A DNA stretch of 64,000 nucleotides, taken from the IMG/VR virus record IMGVR_UViG_3300032289_001838, positions 1 through 64,000 of that record; one strand, 5' to 3'. The notes under the pieces were generated by a model. That model saw only the letters and a list, made by a program, of their open reading frames with translations. It did no database searches and was not told the DNA's origin. Positions 26,640-37,093 of the stretch are shown piece after piece (position 1 is the stretch's first letter; each line of letters opens with the position of its first letter). A program made the position numbers and the translations under genes. The DNA comes from a virus.

Positions 26640-28145
26640 CTATTTTCGATTCCAGATAAATTTCATATGTCCACAATCCCAAATTCTATCATATCCATTA
26701 ATCTGCATATTTTGCCATTCACTCAAATTAATATCAAATTTTTCAAGTTTTTCTTTTAATTTATGTTTTTGAAAATGATTTCTTTCAATTGGTACACCTT
26801 TGTTTTTGTGAAAATAATGATAACCAGGTAAAGTGTCATCTACAAATGACATACCAATTTGTTTATATAAATTACCTGTAAATAATCTTTTATCACTATA
26901 TGTTACAATAGAATTTACATCATAATTTTTTATAAAATGATTGAATAATTTAGAAGCACCTCCTATTACATTTGTATTTAATATATTACAATACCTAGAT
27001 AACTCATATTGATATTTTTTGTCATATCTAGATTTAACAAAAGTCATTAGTGACACCAAAACATTATTATGATATAATCCTAATCTTATAGATGATGTAT
27101 CATTTCCCTGTATATGATTATCAGTCAAAAATGCAGATTTTTCATCATTAATCACTGGTTTTATTTCACATTTGCGTGCAAATATTCTTTTGGACTTACC
27201 AATTTTACTTAATAAAATGCTTTTTATTATATCTTGTTTACATCTCCATTCCCAATCCCATATATGCATCAATTGAATATTTTTATCAAGTGACAACTTA
27301 GTTTTATGTAAATGATAATTTTTATCTTTACCACCAGCAAGTTCACTGTGCCAATATATACCATCACATTCTATGCCTAAATTCAAATGTGATACTAAAA
27401 TATCAATTTCATCCCCGTCTAATATATTTCTATCGTGTTGTTTAGTCACAACTCCGTATGAATGTAAAAAATTTAATATTTCAGACTCAATGGTAGATTT
27501 AAACCTATTATGTGGATTACAGATTAAACATCTGGGTATATTACCAGAATATAAATTATCTTTAAATTCATTGTTACACACACAACATTTAAATTTGTAT
27601 AAATTATTATATTCTGTGCCTATATATTCATCTTTATCAAATAGTGGAACAACCACACCTTTTAATCTGTTTCCTTCAAAAATATTATTTAAAGATTCTT
27701 GAATTTTTTGAAGTCGTCTGTTTTCTTTGATATATGATAATTGAGATACATTATCAATATTATTATTTTCTAAATATTGTTTATACTTTTCAGATTTAAA
27801 TCCAATTTCTCCAGCATTAGCTCTTTCTTTTGTTTTTTTAAGCGTATTTGGAGATACATTCATACCATATTTTTCATTGTTGGTTTGAATCATTTTTTCT
27901 CTGTTGTTAAAATTTTCATATCCGTATTTTTTTAATTTAGTTTTTTTTCCTTTCTCTAAATTATTATAGTTTTCATTGCCATATCTTTCTTTTAAAGTTT
28001 CTTTCATTTTGGAAATCATATTATCATATGCACCATTTTCTCTTTTTTGTTTTATTTTTTCTTTAACACTAGGCAATTGTGATGGATGATAAACACCATA
28101 TTTTTTAAAAAATGATTCTCTAATTTTTTTACCTCGTTCAGTCAT
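26640..28145 (-). CDS. Hef-like free-standing homing endonuclease (KYG repeats, Zn finger, PD-(D/E)XK domain, GNAT-like tail)
   Basis: Repeated K/E-K-Y-G units, CCVC..CLIC, EIDI..GIECDGIYWHS, RIFARKC, NHIQG and RIWDCG motifs. AAGGAG SD lies 8 nt before ATG 28145. Confidence 0.8.
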   Translation of the reverse strand: MTERGKKIRESFFKKYGVYHPSQLPSVKEKIKQKRENGAYDNMISKMKETLKERYGNENYNNLEKGKKTKLKKYGYENFNNREKMIQTNNEKYGMNVSPNTLKKTKERANAGEIGFKSEKYKQYLENNNIDNVSQLSYIKENRRLQKIQESLNNIFEGNRLKGVVVPLFDKDEYIGTEYNNLYKFKCCVCNNEFKDNLYSGNIPRCLICNPHNRFKSTIESEILNFLHSYGVVTKQHDRNILDGDEIDILVSHLNLGIECDGIYWHSELAGGKDKNYHLHKTKLSLDKNIQLMHIWDWEWRCKQDIIKSILLSKIGKSKRIFARKCEIKPVINDEKSAFLTDNHIQGNDTSSIRLGLYHNNVLVSLMTFVKSRYDKKYQYELSRYCNILNTNVIGGASKLFNHFIKNYDVNSIVTYSDKRLFTGNLYKQIGMSFVDDTLPGYHYFHKNKGVPIERNHFQKHKLKEKLEKFDINLSEWQNMQINGYDRIWDCGHMKFIWNRK

Positions 28146-28205
28146 AAACAATACTCCTTATCTAATAGATAAATATTACACTAAACGTCAAAAAGTCAAA
28201 AAAAG

Positions 28206-28235
28206 AAAACCTCACTTAGAAATAAGTGAGGTTTT
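28206..28235 (-). terminator. Rho-independent terminator after tail sheath
   Basis: AAAACCTCACTTA-GAAA-TAAGTGAGGTTTT hairpin followed by a U-tract on the minus strand. Confidence 0.9.
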
Positions 28236-28251
28236 GTGAATTATCTAATTA

Positions 28252-31200
28252 TTAGACTCCCCCAGGGAAAACTGCTCCTGTAGGCAAGATGTTGAAGTCA
28301 AGTATTATGAATTCAGCAGTACGGGTTGGTTGGATATAGATTTGACCATATAGAATATTTCTATCAATTAGGTCAGGAGTATTGTTTTCAGCATCCATCT
28401 TGACTTGGAATGCGTAGATACCGTTACGTTGTTGTACTGATTCCAAGTATGGAGTTACAATACTCAAGAAACGATTTCTTGTAGAAGCGACGTTTTGTTC
28501 GAATACCAAGTAGTTGCTCGAACTTGCGATAAACTTCTTCAAGTTGATCAACAAACGACGAACATTGATACGATCCAAAGCACTTGGAGCAATTTGTAGA
28601 GTCTTTTGACCCCATACACAAATACCTTGGCCTGGGAATGCTGCAATTGGATTTACACGACCTTCATATAGTGTATCACGTTCAGCATGGGTTACACGAT
28701 CAAGTACTTGTACTGCGGTTGGAATACCACCACGGTTTAAACCGGCTGGTGCGTACCATTCAGCAGCAGAATTATCGTTAGCAGCGTAAACTGCTGGCAA
28801 TACTACTGAAGGAGGGACACTAATAATCTTGTTGGTATTAGTATCTAGGATTTTAACCCAAGGATAATAAGTACCTACATAGTTACTGTCGATATCAGCG
28901 ACACTGTTGATAGCAGCATCGATCAATCCTACAGTTTGATTACTTGCTGGGAATACTACGTTATCCATGATGTAGAAACAATCTTGACGAGTACCACACA
29001 TATCAATTACCAATTCGGTAACATAACTGTGTAGAGAACGGAAGATACCAGGCAACACGATCAAGTTGATATCAAATTCATCGGCGTTACTTAATGCTCC
29101 GATACATTGCTTGTAAGCAATACTACCTGGACTATTAATATTTGTACAATCTAGACCTTGAGTGTTGCCTGGAGTAATGTTACTACCAACGTTGATTGGA
29201 ATTGCTGGCCATTGACCTTCAAATCCACCTTGAAAGCCTAGAACGAACTTACGTAGTTTTACATATGTAGATTCATTTACAGCGTCGTAAACACTTGGAA
29301 TACTACCACTCAAGCTTGGGTTTAGTAGTGAACCAGTACTTGCTGATGTACCTTGAGCATAATATTTAGCGGTAGATGTACCGTAAACTTTATCTTCAAG
29401 ATCGAAGTCGATATTCAAACCATTACTATCGGTGCTACCATAGTATGGCAATGGATTGAAATATTGTTTAGTGTTGTTATCTACACCAACTCCAAAAGAA
29501 GAAGTTGGATATAGAGATTGAATTTCGGAATCAGTTCCTGGAACTGCACCGAACACAGTACCAGATGGATACTTACCAGGAGCTAGACCATAAATACTTG
29601 CTTTACTATATTGTACGTATGGTACATAGATGTTTGCGGTACTATTGATTGGAGTACTATAAGATTCGAATCCATATGGTATACATGTAACAGGATATGC
29701 TACATCTGACATTTCAATTCTAATATATCTACTCAAGTTGGCATAGGTGCCATATTGAATGATCTTACCAGCATAAGTAATATAAGCATATCTATCACCA
29801 ATTCTACGTGCAATGAAATTTGCACTGTCTGGATCTAGATTCAAGTTTTGGAAGATTTCCAAATACTTTGGCTTCTTATCAGTATCACTATAAGCACGAA
29901 CTCCTAGAGTGAATGAACCCCAATCGCTTCCTGGAACTGTGCCAGCCAACTTAACGTTGCTGATTTCAATCTTGTATTTTCTGTTACTCAAAGTACCATC
30001 ACTCAACGTGTGTGCTTTGAACAATTGGAACTTGGTTGGTACTGCAGCTTCATTTGCACTGCCTCTGAATGGAGCAATCTTTTGGGAATAGATCCAAGGA
30101 GTAGTTGCATTTGTAATACCAAATTGACTGTCTCCAGCATTTAAATTAGTACTATATTGATCAACGAACTTTAGAGGTTCGCCTACGATTGTACTTCCAG
30201 ATAGACTATTAGTACCAACTTGCAATCTCCATCCGAGTGTACTGGTCTTTTCAGATACGAACTTCTTAATACTATCTTCGAATAAAACATAGTTGTAAGC
30301 AGCTTCTACTTTTTGACCAGCAATTTGTTTGTTTGGATTTCCAACTGTTGGATCGATTCCGAATACATCTTTAATATAGTTATTATCATTTTCATTCAAA
30401 CTGAAATCATAATATCCATATGTGCCTGAACTTGTACTACCATTTGTATTTGAAAAGCTGTATCTTAATGCCAAATTATAAACGTTTTCATTTGGATTAA
30501 TTAGACTCTTGTATGGGAATGTGCTACTTGTTAATTGTGATAGTGTAGTGTTATTGAATCCATATACTTCATAATCATTGCTGAATTGTGTAGAAGCATT
30601 TTGGGTATTTGCTAATACTGCCAATATCATATTTTGACGACCCGATGTATTTGGATTACATTGATCTCCGCTATTTGTTCCATTTGGACTGAATGTTCCG
30701 GAGTATTTTCCAAATGCGCCACTAATTACACCTTTAAGTTCTAATCCGGCGACACATGTTCCTTCTCCACGAATAGAAGCGATACTTCCACTAATTAGTA
30801 CTGGATTACCCGATGATACATTAAATACATCTGTATTTTGATTTATAGTTGCATTCTTTATGTAAGAAGATGACAAGAATGCAACTGTAGTAGTACTTTC
30901 AGCAAAAGCTGTTGAAATTGCTGTTTCAGCTGAAACGTTTTGTCCTTGTACACTTGAAGTTAAATAATAATAACCACGATTTGCATTTGTAGATAGTGTA
31001 TAACCAACGCCTTTTCTTACAAGTGTAATTAAACTATTAGCTCCACCAAGTCCACCAATTGCAATCGTTTGACCAGCATATAAAATACTACCGCTTAATG
31101 TTCCAGTTCCATCAGTACTGTTTGCGTTTACCACACTAGTAGCCGCTTCAGATCCAAATGTTACATTAATAGATCCACTCAATTGAATTGTAGAAACGTC

Positions 31201-32226
31201 ATAACGAGATTCATATTGAGCTGAAGCAGATAAGAAACTTGCGGTTGTAAATGTTCTTGCTTGATTTGAAATAAATTTAGCAAAAACAAATCCATATACG
31301 TTATTTGAGAACGAAGATGTTAAATAAGCGTATGGTTTATCTGTTGGATATGTAGGAGCATTATTACCACTACCACTCGTAGAAGTAAATACGGCACTAT
31401 CAAACAACAATTTATGTTTATTAGCCCCACCCGTACCACCTGTTACAGTGACACTTCCACTGATACGTGATTTTTCAAAGTCAAATCCAGCTAACACATA
31501 TCCGGCGCCTGCATTAGCCAATCCACCGTATACGTATCCTTTAGCTAAAACTGCGTTTTTGAATTGCGTACCCAAATAGCTTGGAGTAACTTTAAACAAT
31601 TTTCCTAAACTAGCTGAATCTTGTAATGATTGAGATAGACTGGTTATACCAGATAATCCAGACAAACTTGACAAAAATATATTTAGTTCTGAGTAAGTTG
31701 CTTGTGTAAATGTAGATCCTGATAAAAATTTAGTGGATCCGATATTACCTATTACAGCTGATGAACCTGTGATATTAAGTGGCAAACTTAGTTGAGTGTA
31801 GTTAATATTGGACGTATAATTAGTATCATCCAAATACATAAATGAATCGTTTGTAATAGCACCAGCATCAGCGTTACGGTTCCATACGCCTGGTTGAGCA
31901 TAAACGATCAATGGGCTCTTTTGCCAGTAACCAGTAAGACCACCTACACGAACAACGGTAACAATACCTTGTTGTTGTAGATATTCTTTTGCGGTATATG
32001 GTCCGTAATATACTCCGTCAGCAACACCAAACGTACTTTCTAGAGTAGTTACGTCTGAAATGGTTGCTGGGAAGAATGCTGGACCGTCAGCAAATGGAGC
32101 TACTATAGCTCCACCTATATTTGCGACACCTTGTGCGAGTGCCGAAAGATCGTTTTCACGGGTAAAAACCCCTGGACTTACTATATTTTGTGTTGGTGCG
32201 AATGTTCCACCTTCTTGTATTGGCAT
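28252..32226 (-). CDS. gp18: Tail sheath protein (gp18 family) with large Ser/Thr-rich insertion
   Basis: VSPGVFTRENDLS, YYPWV, WYAPAGLNRG, WGQKTL, LDRINVRRLL and PTRTAEFIILDF motifs. Confidence 0.96.
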   Translation of the reverse strand: MPIQEGGTFAPTQNIVSPGVFTRENDLSALAQGVANIGGAIVAPFADGPAFFPATISDVTTLESTFGVADGVYYGPYTAKEYLQQQGIVTVVRVGGLTGYWQKSPLIVYAQPGVWNRNADAGAITNDSFMYLDDTNYTSNINYTQLSLPLNITGSSAVIGNIGSTKFLSGSTFTQATYSELNIFLSSLSGLSGITSLSQSLQDSASLGKLFKVTPSYLGTQFKNAVLAKGYVYGGLANAGAGYVLAGFDFEKSRISGSVTVTGGTGGANKHKLLFDSAVFTSTSGSGNNAPTYPTDKPYAYLTSSFSNNVYGFVFAKFISNQARTFTTASFLSASAQYESRYDVSTIQLSGSINVTFGSEAATSVVNANSTDGTGTLSGSILYAGQTIAIGGLGGANSLITLVRKGVGYTLSTNANRGYYYLTSSVQGQNVSAETAISTAFAESTTTVAFLSSSYIKNATINQNTDVFNVSSGNPVLISGSIASIRGEGTCVAGLELKGVISGAFGKYSGTFSPNGTNSGDQCNPNTSGRQNMILAVLANTQNASTQFSNDYEVYGFNNTTLSQLTSSTFPYKSLINPNENVYNLALRYSFSNTNGSTSSGTYGYYDFSLNENDNNYIKDVFGIDPTVGNPNKQIAGQKVEAAYNYVLFEDSIKKFVSEKTSTLGWRLQVGTNSLSGSTIVGEPLKFVDQYSTNLNAGDSQFGITNATTPWIYSQKIAPFRGSANEAAVPTKFQLFKAHTLSDGTLSNRKYKIEISNVKLAGTVPGSDWGSFTLGVRAYSDTDKKPKYLEIFQNLNLDPDSANFIARRIGDRYAYITYAGKIIQYGTYANLSRYIRIEMSDVAYPVTCIPYGFESYSTPINSTANIYVPYVQYSKASIYGLAPGKYPSGTVFGAVPGTDSEIQSLYPTSSFGVGVDNNTKQYFNPLPYYGSTDSNGLNIDFDLEDKVYGTSTAKYYAQGTSASTGSLLNPSLSGSIPSVYDAVNESTYVKLRKFVLGFQGGFEGQWPAIPINVGSNITPGNTQGLDCTNINSPGSIAYKQCIGALSNADEFDINLIVLPGIFRSLHSYVTELVIDMCGTRQDCFYIMDNVVFPASNQTVGLIDAAINSVADIDSNYVGTYYPWVKILDTNTNKIISVPPSVVLPAVYAANDNSAAEWYAPAGLNRGGIPTAVQVLDRVTHAERDTLYEGRVNPIAAFPGQGICVWGQKTLQIAPSALDRINVRRLLINLKKFIASSSNYLVFEQNVASTRNRFLSIVTPYLESVQQRNGIYAFQVKMDAENNTPDLIDRNILYGQIYIQPTRTAEFIILDFNILPTGAVFPGGV

Positions 32227-32259
32227 AATATTAATATCCTTTCAAAGTTATATTTAATG

Positions 32260-32267
32260 TATAAATA
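32260..32267 (-). promoter_or_regulatory. Putative late promoter TATTTATA
   Basis: Intergenic, 33 nt upstream of the sheath ATG; the leader carries a GAAAGGA SD. Confidence 0.6.
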
Positions 32268-32318
32268 TAAACAAAAAATTCGAAGATGAAACTATTTATT
32301 ATATCTTTTATGATTTTA

Positions 32319-33164
32319 TTATAATTCTCTTATAACTTTATCAATTTGTTCTTTTACCATGTCAAATGATATCTTTTTGCTACATTCGAAGTCTTTTTGT
32401 CTCGGACAATACATCCATCCACTTAATATACCATCTTTATTATTTATGGACGGATCGTTTAAGCACCCATGACAAACATTTTTATTGATGACCCTATAAC
32501 AATTTGAATTGAATTCGTTGTACGTATCTGTGCAACCTGAAATTAACACTACTTTTTTATTCAATGCCCACGCCATCCAACTGAGACCACTACTTAAACC
32601 AATAAAAAATGAACAGTTTTTAATTTGATCTATTCTATATTCGATTGGATAATTTCCCGTCTCATTAAATGCTTTTTTGGGAACACTATTCCATTTTTCA
32701 TTGGTACCAAATACTTCATCTTTATCAATAACATATACATCGTATCCCAATGATTTTATGTATTTTACGACAGAATCCCAGCCTGCTGAATTATTCCAGT
32801 ATTTAAGTTGTGCAGTTGAATGAATACTTATACAAACATATTTTTTCTTTTTGTTGAATTTATGTTTAGTGGATTCTTTGATATTTGGTATAATTTCTTT
32901 ATATTCGATTCCTAACTGATCACATGCTAATTTTTGCATGGGTATGTTTGTAAAATGAAAATGAATTTCAAAATACTTATCATACTTTATCTCCACATTT
33001 GAATCTACGAAATATACATTTGAGTTATTTGATTTTAAAATATTATACCATTTTGTTTTTACATATACACTTCCGCCGTGTATTCGTTGATATTCATCTG
33101 CATACGGAGAAAATGCAATACTATCTCCTAATGCTTGAGTACAAAAATTAATTACTGTGGTCAT
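32319..33164 (-). CDS. Aah/TibC-like protein O-heptosyltransferase
   Basis: ALGDSIAF.PY, STAQLKYWNN, FFIGLSSGLSWMAW, VVLISG and CHGC..CP..FEC motifs. ATG 33164 is the likely start. Confidence 0.85.
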   Translation of the reverse strand: MTTVINFCTQALGDSIAFSPYADEYQRIHGGSVYVKTKWYNILKSNNSNVYFVDSNVEIKYDKYFEIHFHFTNIPMQKLACDQLGIEYKEIIPNIKESTKHKFNKKKKYVCISIHSTAQLKYWNNSAGWDSVVKYIKSLGYDVYVIDKDEVFGTNEKWNSVPKKAFNETGNYPIEYRIDQIKNCSFFIGLSSGLSWMAWALNKKVVLISGCTDTYNEFNSNCYRVINKNVCHGCLNDPSINNKDGILSGWMYCPRQKDFECSKKISFDMVKEQIDKVIREL

Positions 33165-35280
33165 TTTTAAGATCTGATATGCATTTATCAATTTTTTCTT
33201 TAATCATTTCAAATGTTATCATTGATGTACATTCAAAATCTTTATTTCTTGGACACCAATCCCATTTTTTAGCATCAAATTTAAAATTAATATCATTCCA
33301 GCAACTATTACACACGGATTTATTGTGTACTCTATAAGGTGTGTAAAATTCAGACTTTGGATCTGAAAATCCAGAAATTAAAACTACTGGTTTCTCAACC
33401 ATCCAGGCTAACCAAGATAAGCCAGACCCTAATCCAATAAAGAAATCGCAAAAATATAAATCATTTATTCGTTCAGATAGAGGAAAATCTCCAGTTTTAT
33501 TTATACTACCAACAGGTATTTCGTTATGATAACCATTGTTTCCTATATTACTAATTTTATCAATTGATACAACGTCGTATCCAATTGATTGTAGATATGT
33601 CACCACTTTATTCCACCCATCTGGATTGTTCCAAAATTTAGCTTGAGCAGTTGACAGAGATCCAATGCAAACGTATTTTTTATTAAAATTGTTTTTTAAC
33701 TGTGTTGGTTTTAAATATTTGGGTTTTGTTTCGATATAATCAATGCCTAATATTTCTGCGGACATTTGTTGTAAACTTTGAGTTCGCCAATCTGTTGGGG
33801 CCGAAGATCTGTCATCTACGTCGAAACATCCAATTCTATAAGAAGCAAAGTATTCATCATTTGAAATATGATTGTAATTAAAAAAGTTTATATTTGGATA
33901 TTCTGTACAAAACAATTCTTTTAATGGTGAGTAGAAGTCTACGATACATTTATGTTTCTTCTGAAATAGATCAACATATGGAAGCCAAGCGATGCAATCG
34001 CCTAAAGCGCCTGACTCATTTACAATTTTTACTCTTTTTCCTGTTAGATTAAAATTATAAATTGTATAACTATTGGTTTCTAAATCTTCCACTTCAATTC
34101 TCCAATTAATAAAATATTTAATACTTGGCTTAGCCCACATACCACTTGAAAGTGTTGTTTCATAAATCAACGTATTGTTTTTATTATTAATAAACTTTAC
34201 TTTATATTTTTTTGAATCGGATCCAAAAATCTCAACTTTACATCCATCTTTATAATCTATAATTACGTTATTCGTAATTTCTCTGGGAGATATGTGTTTA
34301 ATAGGAGTTTCGTTATAAATTTTTAAAAGTTGATCTTTCATAGTCATTTGAACATTATACGAAGGTAATAAATTTTTTTCAACAATTTTATTCCAATCTT
34401 TTTCATGTGCAGTTTTCAATGCGTTATTTTTAAATTCAATATAATTATCAATTACGTGGTTAATTCCTTCAACTATAACATTCGCATCACGTGTTATTCT
34501 GTATAATCCGTTTAATTGATTATTATCTTCAAATGTGCCTACGATTGGTAATCCACATGACAATGATTCTAATAAAGTTAAATTTGGATGTCCCGCCTCG
34601 GAAATTGAGGGATGAAGAAAAATCGTATGGTTTTTATAAACATCAACCAATTCTGATTCTGTTAGATTATACAATATTGTCAATTTATCATAATCCACAT
34701 GGTATGTTTCAAAAAAGTGTTTATTATTAAATGGACCAGCAATGGTAATAGGTAAATTGAGTTTTTTTGCTGCTTCTATAGCATAAGAAAATCCTTTTCT
34801 ATCTTCAGCTTGATTATGAATAAATCCATTGTTAGCTACACAGAGAAGTCGATGTTGTAAAATTTCATTATTAGATGGAGTAAACATTTGAGTATTAACT
34901 CCATGACTTAGATATTCTACGTTAGGCAAGTCAAAATATTCTACCAAATATTTAGCGGGGACAAATGTTTTTATAGAATGTTGTGCGGCGAATCTGTTAT
35001 TTTTATATACCTGAGACTCTTTTCCGTATATGTAGGCATGATGATCGTGAAAAGAAAAGTAATACGGGATTTTTTTATTATACAACTCTAGTGCTAAATT
35101 AGCTAAATGAACATGTACAATGTCATATTTTTTGGGATCAATATCATTTAGAAATAAAACATCACATTCGTGTCCCAGTTTTTCTGAAGAACATTTATAT
35201 TCCCATATTATTTTCTCAACAGCTCCCCATCCATTTGGTGGAATTGGATGTATACCTGTGTGTACCTGTACGATTTTCAT
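33148..35280 (-). CDS. GT4 (GT-B) glycosyltransferase fused to an Aah/TibC-like heptosyltransferase
   Basis: N-terminal IPPNGWGAVEK, RKG and E..HPNLTLLESLSCGLP; C-terminal GALGDCIAW.PY, STAQAKFWNN, GLGSGLSWLAW and CNSCW..WCP..FEC. Confidence 0.87.
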   Translation of the reverse strand: MKIVQVHTGIHPIPPNGWGAVEKIIWEYKCSSEKLGHECDVLFLNDIDPKKYDIVHVHLANLALELYNKKIPYYFSFHDHHAYIYGKESQVYKNNRFAAQHSIKTFVPAKYLVEYFDLPNVEYLSHGVNTQMFTPSNNEILQHRLLCVANNGFIHNQAEDRKGFSYAIEAAKKLNLPITIAGPFNNKHFFETYHVDYDKLTILYNLTESELVDVYKNHTIFLHPSISEAGHPNLTLLESLSCGLPIVGTFEDNNQLNGLYRITRDANVIVEGINHVIDNYIEFKNNALKTAHEKDWNKIVEKNLLPSYNVQMTMKDQLLKIYNETPIKHISPREITNNVIIDYKDGCKVEIFGSDSKKYKVKFINNKNNTLIYETTLSSGMWAKPSIKYFINWRIEVEDLETNSYTIYNFNLTGKRVKIVNESGALGDCIAWLPYVDLFQKKHKCIVDFYSPLKELFCTEYPNINFFNYNHISNDEYFASYRIGCFDVDDRSSAPTDWRTQSLQQMSAEILGIDYIETKPKYLKPTQLKNNFNKKYVCIGSLSTAQAKFWNNPDGWNKVVTYLQSIGYDVVSIDKISNIGNNGYHNEIPVGSINKTGDFPLSERINDLYFCDFFIGLGSGLSWLAWMVEKPVVLISGFSDPKSEFYTPYRVHNKSVCNSCWNDINFKFDAKKWDWCPRNKDFECTSMITFEMIKEKIDKCISDLKNDHSN

Positions 35281-35281
35281 A

Positions 35282-37087
35282 TTAATTGAGTTCTATTTTT
35301 GATAACGACTGTTCTCCAGTAGATTCGTCTAAAATTAAAAATGTGTTAGTATGTTCTGATGATACCACATTATATTTTTTATGGAAGTTTTTTTCTCCAT
35401 GTTTTATGGAAATATGACTAATTGTATTTGCGTTATCTAAGTAGTGAGTATTAAATGTGTTCATTCCCCCTGAATCCATATAAAGTGTATATGTTCCGCC
35501 ATTAGTATACACTATGAAAAATTGTACATTTATATTTTTTTCATTTGAAAAATTTCTACACATCAATGAAATTTTGTTTTGCATTATGCCATTTTTAAAA
35601 ATATATCCAACATCACTCAGTAATCCGTCGATTAAACTAAAACAATTTTGATGTACATTAAATTGTGTATCTGAGTATAATAACGAAATGTCAGATGTAT
35701 TATGATAATTTATATTTAACATATTCTCATTTTTATAATATTCAACCATTAAATATATAAACGTTTCTAACATCGTACTTTTATTGCATATACCTAAATT
35801 GCATAATTCTGTTTTAAAATCCGATTCGTTTTTTATTTGACCAAAAACATTTAAAAATTTATTGCAGTCATAAAACATTAAATGTACAGAAATATCCGTA
35901 TAATATGAATATATGTTTCTAATCAAATCAAAATCATAGTTATATTTTTTGATATCTGATATTACGTTTTTTACATTCTCAATAGATTTTTCTCCAAATA
36001 AATCATCAAATTCTATTCGCATTATATATTTGAAATTGTTCAAAGCAGCAACTTCGGCGCCTTTTATCATTGAACGTAATACTGCTAAACCATGTTTTTG
36101 AACTTCTTTAACACCAAGATACAATGCAAAATCGGTTAGTTTAGTGTGATGATACATTACTTCTATATCTGTGTATTTCTGAGTTAACAGTTGATTTTCT
36201 TTATCATGATAAAATATATCGATTATATCATAGAACCGTTCAGGAAGAACCTTGGGTGAAGTAATTAAAATTTTAAATCCTTTTTGTTTTAAAAATTTAA
36301 TATTGTTATATGCGATATCTTCCAAATTTAATTTGGTAAGAAATAAATGTATATGAATTATAACGTTATCCGTATCATGTGTGTTTTTAACGATCAACTC
36401 ACTTGTTTTTACGTTTTTGTCAAAAACTTGTTGACTAGTTAAAGATGTGATCCTACCAACGTTAGTTATTCTATACACGCCGGCACATTTGTCACGTTCA
36501 CACTTACTTTTTCCATATTTCAGTATTTCTGAGTTTAACGCCCAATCTTCGTGGATAGAATCATTCATCCAATCACGTATAAGATTTTTGTAATTTTTAA
36601 ATACACGACCGAACGTTATATAATTAACTTGACATAAATCTTCACGTGTAACGTCGTCTTTTAAACCACATAAAAATATAGATTCCTCTTCGGGTGTTAA
36701 TTTGCCATCGGACTGCAAGTACTTATATCCTGAACAATACATTACATATTCTTTATTTAAATCCAAGAAATTGACAGCTCGTTGTAAATAACTATCATCT
36801 GTTAAATAATCATCCCCATCCAAACTAAAAATGTATTCTCCATTAGCTTTATCAAACAAAGACTTTAAATTTTTAGTTATACCACAATTAACATTCGATT
36901 GTGTTATTTTTATGCCTGATATATTTGAATAAAGTTCTTTTATTATCTCATAGGTTTTATCAGTAGATTGATCGTCATGAATTAATACTTCAAAATCAAA
37001 ATTAAGTTTTTGATTTAAAATAGAATCTACACACGTTTTAACGTATTTTTCAAAATTATAACATGGAATAATAATACTTAATTTCAT
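35282..37087 (-). CDS. GT2 (GT-A) glycosyltransferase with a second C-terminal domain
   Basis: LSIIIPCYN, IHDDQSTD, LDGDDY and EDW motifs. Confidence 0.88.
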   Translation of the reverse strand: MKLSIIIPCYNFEKYVKTCVDSILNQKLNFDFEVLIHDDQSTDKTYEIIKELYSNISGIKITQSNVNCGITKNLKSLFDKANGEYIFSLDGDDYLTDDSYLQRAVNFLDLNKEYVMYCSGYKYLQSDGKLTPEEESIFLCGLKDDVTREDLCQVNYITFGRVFKNYKNLIRDWMNDSIHEDWALNSEILKYGKSKCERDKCAGVYRITNVGRITSLTSQQVFDKNVKTSELIVKNTHDTDNVIIHIHLFLTKLNLEDIAYNNIKFLKQKGFKILITSPKVLPERFYDIIDIFYHDKENQLLTQKYTDIEVMYHHTKLTDFALYLGVKEVQKHGLAVLRSMIKGAEVAALNNFKYIMRIEFDDLFGEKSIENVKNVISDIKKYNYDFDLIRNIYSYYTDISVHLMFYDCNKFLNVFGQIKNESDFKTELCNLGICNKSTMLETFIYLMVEYYKNENMLNINYHNTSDISLLYSDTQFNVHQNCFSLIDGLLSDVGYIFKNGIMQNKISLMCRNFSNEKNINVQFFIVYTNGGTYTLYMDSGGMNTFNTHYLDNANTISHISIKHGEKNFHKKYNVVSSEHTNTFLILDESTGEQSLSKIELN

Positions 37088-37093
37088 AAAATT

